Shown here: positions 35,626-48,900 of the stretch, in pieces | How positions within the stretch are numbered: position 1 is the first letter of the stretch | How the letters are laid out: every line of letters starts with the position of its first letter | Assembly (NCBI RefSeq): GCF_001194135.2 | Contig: NC_069006.1 | Location: 3,636,717 to 3,700,716 of the forward strand | Source of the DNA: Octopus bimaculoides | Taxonomy: Eukaryota | DNA: 64,000 bases | Reading direction: 5' to 3' | Program-made: the position numbers and the translations under genes | The notes under the pieces: model-generated | Told to the model about the DNA's origin: nothing | The model's database searches: none | The model's input: the letters and a program-made list of their open reading frames with translations, nothing else

Positions 35626-36856
35626 CGCACACCTTTGCTTTGACATTATGGTTGTAAACAAGAAGCTCCATCATGCAAATGGTGTTGTTTCCATTCTTCT
35701 GTGAGAAGCATGTCCAACCTTGGTGAACTATTACTTGGCTTGAAAACAGGTAAGGGTTGGGGACAGAAAGGGCATCCAGCTGTAACAAAAAAAAACCCAA
35801 CAAATTCTGCCAGACACATGCAAGCATGGAAATTGGACATGATACAATGATGAAGAGGGGATCTATTCAAGCCAAGGTAGAAATTAAAAATATAACAGCA
35901 AGGAGTAATCCTTCAGAGAGAAAATTCTACTTTGTTAAAAAAAAAAAAAAAACTGAAAGAATGAAAGACTTACCTGTAACATAACAATTGTATCATAAGC
36001 AAAGGAATTAGGATTAACAATAGACTGTGGTGTTACTGACAGGTTGCTGTGTAATAACTTCACACCATCAGAATGGACTAAACCAGGTGATCCAGGTGGT
36101 GGTTGCTGGACGTGGGCCTTTACAACTGCTGTTGAACCTCCCGTGGCTTGGTTGGGGTTTGATGGTGGCCGTTTGTCAGGTCGAGATGGTGGCCTAGATG
36201 GAGGTCGAGATTCTAGAGCAACGCGCTCTAGGCCCATGCCATGCTGTTGACTCAGGTATCCTGTGTGTTGATAATGGGGGTGATGTGCCTGAGTTTGAAC
36301 GATGGTGCCCTCTGGTACAGTTATGAAGCTATGTGGGGTGTTAGCATAGACAGCAAGCCCGTGGTCGACAGGTAGACGTCCCATTTGAATAGGAAGATGG
36401 GTCTGTGGAAAGGGCATGCTGCGAGAGACATGCAAGTTGTCTGTTGTATAGAATGGCTGCTGGACTTCATGGACTGCCGGAGGCGAGAAAGCACTTGGAG
36501 TAGTTGCTATCTTCTCTGCACGTCTGTCCGTTGGGTAGACAGATGGATGAGATGACTGAGAGAGCTGAGCGAGCCGAGCCTCCATTGACGCCTGCTGGCT
36601 TGCCTTATTGTCAAGAATATAAGTGAGCCGATGAACGCCACCAGCTCCACTTGAGCTCACTGCTCTCATCTCTACAGATGGACTCTGATGAGCGGAAACA
36701 GGAGTGTTGTGCTGGGAATGATTTCCTTGCGAAGACAACTAGAAATGAAAACATTCAAAATAAGTTTTGTTAAATTTCAAGTTTATAAAACATTACAACA
36801 AATGAAATAAACAATGGCAACAATTGAACAATTTTGTAACTGCTTCTGATGGATGA

Positions 36857-36887
<31 letters not shown>

Positions 36888-37871
36888 GAGATATAGAGAA
36901 ACACTAATCAGGTGCAGGGAAGGAGTCATCTTCACTGTAAGAACAACAATAACAACAAGAGGACAATTTTGGTTTGAAATATAAATGAATGACTAAATAT
37001 TTTACTTCAGAAGAGAATCTCTTTTGTTTCAATATTACAGGTTGCAAAGACATTGGGAAATGGTTTTTCAATTTTAAAATTTCTGATCATCTTGAAAACG
37101 ACCAACATCATTTCACACTCACTGTTTCAAAGATTCACAAGAAAGCAATTAAAAAACAGAAAATGATACAATTCTAAATATTAAATGGTTGTGTCTGAGG
37201 TTCTTTTGACATAATGAACTGGAAAATCGAATTAGAGACGAAAAATCAAGAACAAATTAACAAAATTCTGGCCTGGAAAGAAATTGTATTTTAGAAAGAA
37301 TTGGAAACTGAAATTTTGCTTATTGACTGATTGATATTATATATATATATAAGATACAGGAATGATTTTTTTTTATTCTCAAATGCGTGATAATGCTAAT
37401 AAATAGCGTGACCAGGATAAATTATCCATACATTGCAGAATGGCCGGTAACGTATTTTTCTGCAATGTATGGATAATTTATCCTGATCACGCTATTTATT
37501 AGCATTATCACGCATTTGAGAATAAAAAAAAATCATTCCTGTATCTTCCAATACATTTCAACGCTTCTAAAACAAACTTTGTTTACTCTCATTCTAAGCT
37601 GAAGTTAACGTTAGCGCCTTATGAAGCTAAACATATATCATCATCATCATCATCNNNNNNNNNNNNNNNNNNNNNNNNNNNNNNNNNNNNNNNNNNNNNN
37701 NNNNNNNNNNNNNNNNNNNNNNNNNNNNNNNNNNNNNNNNNNNNNNNNNNNNNNNNNNNNNNNNNNNNNNNNNNNNNNNNNNNNNNNNNNNNNNNNNNNN
37801 NNNNNNNNNNNNNNNNNNNNNNNNNNNNNNNNNNNNNNNNNNNNNNNNNNNNNNNNNNNNNNNNNNNNNNN

Positions 37872-37914
<43 letters not shown>

Positions 37915-39940
37915 AAGAAATTAAAGAGAACCTGCAAGCAAGAGGTTCCTTAATGTCCTGCAGCATGTTCCAAGGTTCCAAGTTTCAGACCAAAATCTTT
38001 GCTAAAATGTGTGCCCAGATTGATAGTCACACTCTCACATTATAACTGACAAAGGGAAGGAACAACTACAGAAATGCTATTCTAACAGCTGACAGCTACA
38101 GGGTTGAAAGGGTTATTACGATGAAAGGAACGGAGAGTAAACAAATCTTTCTGCTGAGATGCAGGAAATATTTGTCAATATAGGGGACACAAAAGTTAGT
38201 TGCACAGTCAAATATACAGTACAGAGAGGTGTTATTCTCAATAGCTTGTATAGCACATCAACTACAAGGCTTAAGGAGATGGTCATCTCAAAAGCAGGAA
38301 CTACAGGAGTGTCAAACTGGATGACCAAGTGATGAGATGAAGTTTACATTTGAACCAGGCCAAAGTATTATGAATACAATCTTTTTACTGAGACCACTGC
38401 AGGAGCAGTTTAGCTCAGAAGAAAGCTTTTGACAAAGTACCACAATGTGGAGTCCGGTGGTCACTTAGAAAACCTAAGTGTAGATGAATAAATTGTGAGA
38501 GCTATGCAAGCAATGTACGGGGGGTGGGGGTGCTGTGAACAAGGTAAGATAACTTAGCAACAAGTTTGGTAAAGAACAAGGTACGTGTGCACTAGTGCTT
38601 CACTCTCAGCTACATGTTATGAAACGCTGTGTTAGAGAAAACCAGCACAACTCATGCAAGCCTAGGAAAATGGAAATGAAATGCTGACAATATATATATG
38701 AGTAAATGTATGTAGATGTGTTCGTGTATGTCATCCTCCTCCTCCTTTAACATCTGTTAAATGGTGTGTGTGTGAAGACAAAGTGCACTTTGCAAGAATA
38801 TGGTTCCAGGTTCAGTCCTACTGCATGGCACATTGGGTAACTGTCTTGTACTATACCTGCAGGCTGATCAAAGTCTGACAAATGAAAATTTGGTAGATGG
38901 AAACTGAAAGAAGCCTGCCATGTATATGTGTTTGTGTGAGTTATTTCTTTACTACCCACAAGGGGCTACACACAGAGGGGACAAACAAGGACAGACAAAC
39001 GGATCAAGTCGATTATATTGACCCCAGTGCGTAACTGGTACTTATTTAATCGACCCCGAAAGGATGAAAGGCAAAGTCGACCTCGGCGGAATTTGAACTC
39101 AGAACATAGCGGCAGACGAAATACCGCTAAGCATTTCGCCCAGCGTGCTAACGTTTCTGCCAGCTCGGCGCCGAGCTGTGAGTTGTACCCTTCTTCCAGA
39201 GTGTTTTATCTAAACAGACCAGAGACAATTAAACCAAGAACCTTAAGTATGAATGGAAGAGGTAAAGTGACAAAAAAGGGACACTTACTTGGTGTCCAGA
39301 AGGTTGATGAGCAGGAGATTGGTTTGGTGCTGGCTCCCTTTCGCGGTCTCGCTGGTGCGCTACAGCAGCTGCTTGCTGAGCCTGCAGTTGATGCTGTATC
39401 TGGAGGGCAGTCGATGCTACTGTCATAGGATGAGCAGAGGTAACAGTTACAGACACTGATGTAGCTGGCGATGATGAGGATGTGGAAGAGGACGACACTG
39501 AAGATGGACCAACAGAGCAGGGATGAACGTTTGGACTGGAACGAGCAATATGCTGCTGTTGTTGCTGCTGCTGCTGCTGTTGTGGTGGTGCTGGTTGTTG
39601 TTGTTGTTGCTGTGGTGGCGGTTGAGTATGAGCTTGGGCAGGGTTGCCAGGCAACAGTTGGTGTGCAGTAAGGGACTGCGCCGAGTGCTGTTGCTGGGCC
39701 GGCTGCTGAGACGTAGATTGGTGATTGATCGACAAATTGGTTGCATGCAACGTCGGCGATGGACTCGGAGATATTGCAATCGGAGCAAAGGGGTTACGGA
39801 TTAACGGCTGTGGAGGAGATGACTGTCTCCAGCCCTTCATCATCTCAGACGTCCGTGATGAAGGTGTGGGCTGGGAGAGTGACATACTGATGGAAGCAGA
39901 TTTATTATGGTGACCAGACAGCACTGAAATGGCAACAGTA

Positions 39941-39978
<38 letters not shown>

Positions 39979-42900
39979 CAGCAGCAGCAATAACGATTTC
40001 AAATTTTGGTCCAAAGCCAGCAATGTTTTAGGAGATGGGGAGAGCTGATTAAATTGACCCCAGCGTTCAACTGGTACTTATTTTATTAACCCCTAAAAAA
40101 ATGGAAGACAAAGTCAACGTTGATAGCATTTGAACTCAGAACATATAAAGCCAGAAGAAATGCTAAATATTTTGTTCCATGCATTAATGATTCTGTCAGC
40201 AATAAGAAAGGTTTGAAATTTTGCCACAAGGTCAGCAAATTTGGTGGTGGAGGTCAGTAAATTACCCTGGCCCCAGCACTTGACTAGTACTTATTTCATC
40301 AACCCCAAAAGGATGAAAGGCAGTTCCACTGCACACCACCCAGGGTAAGACTCTCCTACTCTAGCATTGAGCTAACCAAAACGTATTTGTGTGGGTATAT
40401 ACATGTATGTCTGTCTGTCTGCATGTGCTTATTTCAATTTGCTATAAACAGTGCTGTTGTTATTTCAACAGCCAACCAATCATCTGCTGGTTCTGCACCT
40501 TCAAAGATCAATGGACAGGTAAAGGATAGCAGGAGGAAGGGTATTCAGCTGTAAAACAAGGCCCCAACAATATACATTTATCCACACCATCTTAGCATGA
40601 AAAAACAGGTGTAAAATGGAAGAGAGTGGTATTCATCCAGCCCACTGCTGAAACCCATCTTTAAAATGAAACCTAGCTGAACCAGTGGTGCAATTTCAAC
40701 ACAGAACCCAGAAAGACTAAGGAAATACTGTGATCCTCTCCTTTTTATTCTGGCTTCTTTTCTCTGAAGATGCTCTCAATTGTCAGCTTTAACCCTTTAG
40801 CATTTAAACCAGCCATATCTGGTCCAAATATTCTGTTTTATTTTCAAGCAAACCAGATCCACCCTCTCACACCTACCCAACAATATCTTTCTAAAAATAA
40901 ACAATCACATCTTCAAAATTCTGACGCTACAAGATAAAGCATAATTAGCTTAAAACAATGTGAATAAATGTCACATCTCACGGAGTAATCTGAATGCTAA
41001 AGGGTTAAACTCGAAGCAAATCACTCAAAAGCGAACAAGACTAATAAACCAACAATCAATACCTTTATGTTGCTGCTCAGACACAGAAGATTGCTGGCGA
41101 CTGAATTCAGCCTTCATTCGCAATCTCTCAGAAGTATCAGGTCCTATTGTAGTTGCAGATTCCAGTGAAGCTCTCAGAGGGTTGGGTACCTTCTCAATTG
41201 GCTGCAAAATGAAAGAGAAAATATTTTGATGAACAGAGAAAAGACACAAATTTGAAGTGATCTAAATTAAAACCTATCAAAATTTCATGTTACTTTTATT
41301 TTACTAAATTCTTCATGATTTCAAAATTAAGTGAAACGAAGTCAGTATGTTTCAACAGAAATATGGTAACGAAAGGGCTAAAGTGACCTAAATTAAAACC
41401 GTCCATAAAAATTTCATGCTAATTTATATTCCAACACCAGATTAATAATAAGTTATTTTAATAAATTCTTTATTATTTTCAAAATTAATTGAAACAAAAG
41501 GCAGTCTATTTCAACAGTTATGTGGTAATGAATAGATTAAGCAGAAAGAAGTACTTTTTAGCAGGCTTCTATCGACGACTATTGACTTGCCGTGATCTTA
41601 GACTTAGTCCAATATAATAATATAAACTCTGAGGGAAATAAAACATAAGCCCAACACACAAGCCTTACCTGGCCTTTAGGACTTGTTTCCTTAGAAGACA
41701 CAGGTTGTGGTTGTATTTGGACAACACCCACCTGGACACCAGGGTTGGTCAGTGCATGCAAGACCGTGGGAGATCTTTTGCACATATCCTGTCCGATAAA
41801 AGAAGGTGATGTCGTCGTCATTGGTCGCGGACTATTCACTATTGACTTGTCAATAGTGTGAGCAGCAGCAGCAGCAGCAACGGCAGCAGCTGTCGTCGTT
41901 ACTACACTGTAGGGTCCTGAGCCACTGGGAGATGAAGAGAGGTCTCGGCTGCCAAGTTCGGTTTTCAAATTAATGGAAGGCGGAACTGCTTGATGAGAAA
42001 CTCCTGAATAGATGTGTGACGTGGGGCCTGCCACGGTGGACGGGGTGCTGACGTGAGGGGAAGACGAGCGTGATCTTTCCGACACCTGGTCATAGAAACC
42101 ATGGGTACGCTGTATGAGGTTGCTGACCATAGATTTATGCGGCATCGGGTGCTCTGAATGTTGTGGCTGGTGTGACATTGGTTGCGTCAAATGGATCACC
42201 CCACCATGAACAGATTGGGAACCTGCTCGAGATGTGACAAGGCTCTCTGAAGAGACTGATGGTCCGGTCCTGATGTTTGAAACAGGGTCAGATTGATGAG
42301 GGAATTTTTTAGAATCGGTTGTCAACTGATGAATAACAGCAGTATGTTGCTGCTTGTTCATGTCCTTAAGGGGTTTCAAAGGTTCGACTTTCTGTTTGAG
42401 AGGTTCTGTAGAATGTTTCAACGACTCCATTTGTTTCAGGTTGTCCTTGGGATGTTTACTTGCATCGTGCTGATTCTTCAACATGTCAGGAGTATGTTTG
42501 GGTACTTCAAGGACTAAAGGTTTCCCTGGCATCGGAGCCTGTTTCTCCAGAATCATACGAACAGTCTCCGACATATCCATTGCGTGTTTGGAAGGTTTCT
42601 CATCGGCTTGTTTCAGGATGGCCTCCATCACAGACTGTTTCGGTGCAATGGTTTCACTTCCTGGTCGTTTGGTCAAATCAATCGATATTTTGTTGAGTTC
42701 TGCATGTGGTTTACTTTCGTGTACAGTTAGCTTGCTAATGTTAATTGGCATTGATGAATAATGGACTTTATTTATTTCTGATGGTCTTGGAGAAGCATCG
42801 GGTACTGAAGAGATAACGGCGGGACTTGAAGACATCACTGCTGACATCGGCATTAACTCAGACTGGGTTGCTGAAACAAAATGAAAACAAAATAAATTAA

Positions 42901-45900
42901 CAAAGAAATAATTATCAGATGACAAATTCTGTAATATTCAGAAATCCTCAACTGAGACACTCCTATCCCCACTCCCCCAACACCGACCTTCTCTGGCTGC
43001 CCCGCCTCTCCCCACCATATCTACCAGATTTGATGGCACAAAAGATACACTTTTCTTTTTCAAAAAACACTCTAGGTCTTATATGTAAAGACTCCCATAA
43101 ACTTCAATGCATTTAAAACTATTTTTTCCTGACTGTGCACTGCTGACATTGGAGTGCTTGTCTCACATGCTATTCAATACAGTAACTGACTGACACTCAG
43201 TCTAGTCAAACAACTGGAAAACTGATTACACATTTGGCTCTCACTAAATCTTCCAGCAACACAAAGCTACAGATTATTTCAGGGCCAAAAGATCCAGGCA
43301 TAACAGAAAGGTACCAACCCTCCTTGCTAACAAGTGTGTTGCCAATTTATTTATTTATTTTTGGTTTACTGGCTCAAAAAGGAATGTGAATTACAATGTA
43401 GCTGAGGTGAAACATTTAGTGATCAGAAGCCATGGAGTTTGTACAAAGCATGGGTTGCTGCTTCAGTCTCTGTGGCTGTAAACAGGCCCCACTCCTATTT
43501 CATGGTCCAATGGTCAGCAAGATGAGAACAATCATACAATTTACAATAAAACCACCCTGACGAGAGCGAGCGGTTAGCAAGTGGCATCAATCATTACAGG
43601 CTTCTTGGCTAAAACCACACTTGCAATGATATTACGAAAACACGGAGATTAAAGAGCTTTGAAACGAGAAAGGAGGGAGGGAGGAAAAGAGAGGGAATGG
43701 CAGCAAGCAAATCCACTCACAAGGCTTAGGTCAGCTTGAAGCTATAGCAGAAGACATTTTCCCGTGCTGGGACTGAAACTGGAACCATGAGGTTGGGAAG
43801 CAAGCTTCTTACCACACAACCACTCTTGCACCTATACACACACACACATCTGAAATATAAGTTGTGTGGGCCTGACAACTAATATGATGCAATCTTGTTG
43901 GCTTCAGGATATATACACCCTCTAATGGAGATATATTGACAACAAACTCTTTATAGTAAAGCTGGAATAGTCCAATAAACAGACCTATATACCATTTAAT
44001 TATGATTAACATTACAATTATTTACCAAGAAACTCTAATCTACCTAAACAAAGAAATGAAAGCTCGTTGCCCCACTTACCTGCTTGAGTTGGAGCATGTA
44101 AAGCTGCCACTAGTGACCCTGTCATATTCCGATTGTGTGGCACGACTCCCTGAGGAGTAGACAGCGCACTTCGGATTAACTCGGTGCTACGGCTGCGACT
44201 TCGAGACTGACGAGAGCGGTTAGCAGTGGCATCAATCAGTACAGGCTTGTTGGCTAAAGTAGAACCTACGGACACTTGCTCCACGCACTGGATCACATTG
44301 GTCGTAGGGATTGCTGTCACTTCGTTCTCACTGTCATGCTGCTGTGATTTTCTCGGCATTGTAGAGTCAATTACACTTTCAATGCTCTTGCATGGTGGTG
44401 CTTCACTTGACACAGCAACCTCACTCAACACTACTGCTGCTACTGATGCTGCTGTCGGCAAGGAACATTTGCCTACTGCAGAAGTCATGGCTGGTGCTGT
44501 AGTAATGGTTACTGATAAAGGTTTCGCAGCTGTCGACATTGGTGAGGTATCGGAGAGATGCACTCTTGAGGTGGAAGCTGCAGGACAAGTTGTCGTCATC
44601 GTCGTTGTCATCGTCTGCTCCACTGAGGGTTGCTGCTCACTCAAACTTTCGCTTGCCTCACTAACAATGGGAGTTATAACTTCTAGTTTCGACTCGGGAC
44701 TCTCAGTTGGTGGAGTAAAAGTGATGTTCAACTCGGGAGGCACCGGTTTGGAGCAAACATCTTCTTGCATTGCTGTTGTTGTTGTCGTCGTTGTTGTTGG
44801 AACTGGAGTTGTGGCAGAAACAGCCGGAACGACAGTGATGGCTGAAACCTTCTTCTTGCGGCCTTTACCACGCCGTGTAACAATGATTGACTCAACAACC
44901 GCTTGTGGAGGACAGCCTGGTGAGCTATTTGCTTTCTTATTTTCTGTTAAATCTTCTTCCGGATTAGCAGACAGTGCAAGGACATCATTTTCTATGGGAT
45001 CTGCTCTAAGAGTTACCTTCAGTGAAGGTTTTTCTTCTTTTGTGCTCTTAGACACAGTATCCAGGCTCTTGATTTCATCCTTTTTTGCTGACCGAGTAAC
45101 CAGAGGCAGTTTTTCCAGCTTCACAACAGGTGAGCCTACTTCTGTTGTCTTGGGAGAGGATGATGCTACAACTGCAGCAGCCTGTGCCTGAGCTTGTTGT
45201 CGCGTCGCTTTCGGAGATCTCGTCTTGGGGGACGCTATGCGGGTACGCGGGGAAGTGGTTCTTGGCAACATGCCAGAATCCATAGCTTTATAGTTAGGCT
45301 TCCTTCCTCTACGTGAACGTTGGTACTCCACTTGATTCTCTAGCTTACTACTTTCATCAATGTCTAAAGATGGAATTACAGTGCTCTTCTGAGCATCAAC
45401 AACAGAAGACTTCTGGTGAGTAGAGACGCACGTCTCTGACACTGTATTTTCCACTTTCAATGAGTGGTGGTCGTCTTTAACATGGCGTTCAGGTCGTGGA
45501 ACACTACGTACCGTTTCCAGCTTGGGCGTATCAATTTCTTCATCATCATCTTCGTCAAAGTCAAAAACATCCTTGGCCTTCTGATATGCCTTTTCAGCTG
45601 TGTCTTCAACAGCAGAAACATTATCAGTAGACTCCTCTGTAGGGGGGCCTCGTCGAAGAGTGAATCCACGTGTTCTATTACGTCGGTTTGTCTCCTTCTG
45701 AAAACGGATTGGTGGTATTTCAACTTTCTTCTCTTTAACTTTTTCTTCGACTAAAGGCAACTTCAAAGGAGGCTGCAGCGGGGCTGCAACGGGTTCAATA
45801 CTTAGATTGTCTAAAAGCTGATCTTCCTCAACAGGAGCTACTGAGATTTGTTTCTCTTCTTCGAATTTGGACGCACGAGTGCGTCGACTACTTGCCGGAG

Positions 45901-48900
45901 TAGAAGTGATGTTGACATTAGCTGTAACAGTCCCAGCTGAAATACTGGTCTTACCACGGTTACGTTTAGGGTACTCACGTACTGGAGTCAGTGTTATAGA
46001 CTTCTTTGTCTCCAGCTCTGATACTGAAGGCTTCATATCTGGTTCCTCCTTCTGTGGAGACACTTCCTTTAATGGGACGTTGCTACTGACGGGCTCTGGC
46101 ACGTGGCCAATGTCGTCTGGAAACTCTGCCTTTATCAGATTAGCAACAGCGAGTGCTGTTATATCTGTGGAAATGTCTTCACTGATCTCACATTTAACAG
46201 ATGTCTGATCTGAGCTAGGTTGGGCAGGTATTGCAGAAGTAGCAGTCCAAATAGTCTTCAACTCCTCACTTACTTTCTCAACTACAGGAACAATGGCAGC
46301 GACAGCAGCAGTTGCTGCTGCTGCTTGCTTCCTGCTGTTCCTTCGTTGCCGACGTTTACGACCTTTCGGTTTCTCTTCTTCTAACTTTAACGGTTTCTCG
46401 ATGGTTTCCACTTTGTACTGCTCCTCCCGATCCTGGTCACCGTCAATCTTCTCCTTCTTTAAAACAATTGACAAAGAAGTCAGCTCGTCTTTAATAGCTT
46501 CAACAAGCTCTTCAGCTTCTTCCTCATCTTTCTCTTGTGATGACAGTTCAGATTCAACACGAATCTCCTTCTCTCGTAAGATTCCTTCTATTGTGGCATC
46601 TTCATCAATTTCTTCTTTCAATTTCAGTGGATATTTGGCAATTGCATTTTTGGAGTCCAGAGGTGAGGTAGAACATTCTAGTTTTGAGCTGTCCAGAAAA
46701 GTTTTATCTTTCATAACTGGTTCCTGTTCATTTTTGATATTGCTCTCAACCAAATGCTGATTCATAAGTTTCAGTTCAGTCGAGCGTGGGTACAGTTTGG
46801 GTTTTACATCTTCCAGTTCATCTTCAAACTGGTAACAGTCAAACAGACTGCTTTTAAGAGATTGGTTTTTGATATCGAAATATTGCAAGGACCCAAGTAC
46901 TTCTGGTGAACGTGAACTTGTATCTCTGATTAAAGACCGAGAAAAGATGCCATCTTTTTTCTTGTCAGGATCCCGACGCGACACACGACATTTCCTCTCT
47001 TTTTTCTCTCTGTGTCGACCTTTCCGCCCTGATCTTCGCTGAGAGATGGGTTCTTCATAGTCGAGGCCTATGTCAGCAGGAATGCTGGTCATATCAATTT
47101 CTTTCCACACATGAATAGAATCCAAGTTCTCCTGATCGCCAATAACCATTGTAGTTCTTGACTCGACAAACTCACTGTCGTTAATAGGACTCCCTTCGAG
47201 TTTAGTTTCAATGTTTTCCTTGGATTTTTCACAAGTTTCTTTCTCACTTTTTGATTCAATTGCAGTGTTGGTTTTAGCAAGGCTGTCTTCTGAAACCTCT
47301 TTGGTTTTCAAGGCCTTCACATCAATATGTAAATATGAAGGGAGATCAGGGTCCTGGTCACTAACACTTTCCTCTGATTGCTTCTCAGGCAAACATTCAA
47401 ATTGTTTCTCTTCTGTTACATTGTTTGGAATCTCATTAACTGGACTAATTTTATTAGAAAGAGGAGAATCAAAGTCCTCCAAAACTTGGTAATTGATTTG
47501 AGGGTCAAGAATTGTTTCCTGACTGTCCTCGTCCTTGGCTTCAATCTCGCAGCTGGTCAATGGAGTGGCTGTAGTAGCAATGCCAATTTCTTGGTTATCG
47601 TCTTTCAGATCAAAACCAGTTTTCGTTTCTTCATCATCCGGTTTCAAGCATACATCTTCTAATTCAACATTCAGAGACATTTTCTCTGTCGTCACTTCTT
47701 CTGCATCATTTTCATCTTCCACTTCATCTTCATCAATCCTCAGTGCGCCCTCATCGCTGCTATCACAGTCATCAGATAACTTGCTAGATAATATATCTTT
47801 ACTAGAGTCCAGTTTACCAAAACCAAGAACAGATTCCATCTGTTTGCAGACAGAACTATGGTGATTAGTCATTTCTATAAATGGACTGGCCAGTTTTGGC
47901 TGGTTAGTTAATGGTTCAGATTTTGGGCTGGCTTTAGGAGCAATGATTTCTTCAGTGGTTTCTGTCTTTGCAAAGTCTTTCTCCTTCGGCTCTGTTAATG
48001 GAGAATTCAGGTCTACAACGGTCTCGTTGTCAGAAATGGAGTCGATATTTAATTTACTACTCGACACAGAAGAAACTGGTAGCTCAGTTTTATCAATTAC
48101 TTTATCATCTTTATCAACAGAATTATCATCATACCCACAGATATCACTGGTATCAATAACTAATTTATCTTCCTGTTCGTCAACATCCCCAAAGCTACCG
48201 TCTTTTGCATCACTCAAATCTCCTGCAGCATTGTCTGTTTCTGTAGAAGAACTTGCAGCAGAGTTCACATCAGCTTCTTCTGACCAAGAAAAGGCTACGT
48301 TCTTGTGTTTGTTCCGCCGTTTGCCCAGACTAGACTTCATAGTCGTGCAGATGGTGCAACATTTGGAAGGTTTTCTACAAATAGTTTCGATATCAAAATA
48401 AGTCTTCTTTTTCTCACAAACAATCCAATCTTGGAGCCGAGAAATTTTTTCAGTAGCTTTCCGTGTTCCATCAAAGTTGGACACAACTTCGTCATGTTTT
48501 TGATCTTCGTTGCATTCATTAACTTTTTGGTGATCACAAGGAACTTTTTGGTGATCAGAATGAATCTTTTGGTGATCAGATTTTTTGGAATCATAAAATT
48601 CTTCAAAATTCAGTTTATCTTGTTCATCAAAATCATATACATCACCATCAGTCTTCTCAACAGCTTGTTGCTGCTGTTGCTGCCGACGTGACAGTGGTGG
48701 TTGTTGTTGCTGTTGTTGTTGAGGGAAGTGCTGTTGCTCTTGGTGATAGTGATTATGCTGCTGTTGCTGCTGCTGCTGTTGTTGGTTCTGTTGAAAATGC
48801 CGAGGTTGCTTGTGATGTTGTTGCTGCTGATATTGATGCTGCTGTTGCTCATCATCATCATCATCGTCATCTTCTTCCTCCTCCTCCTCCTCTTCTTCTT

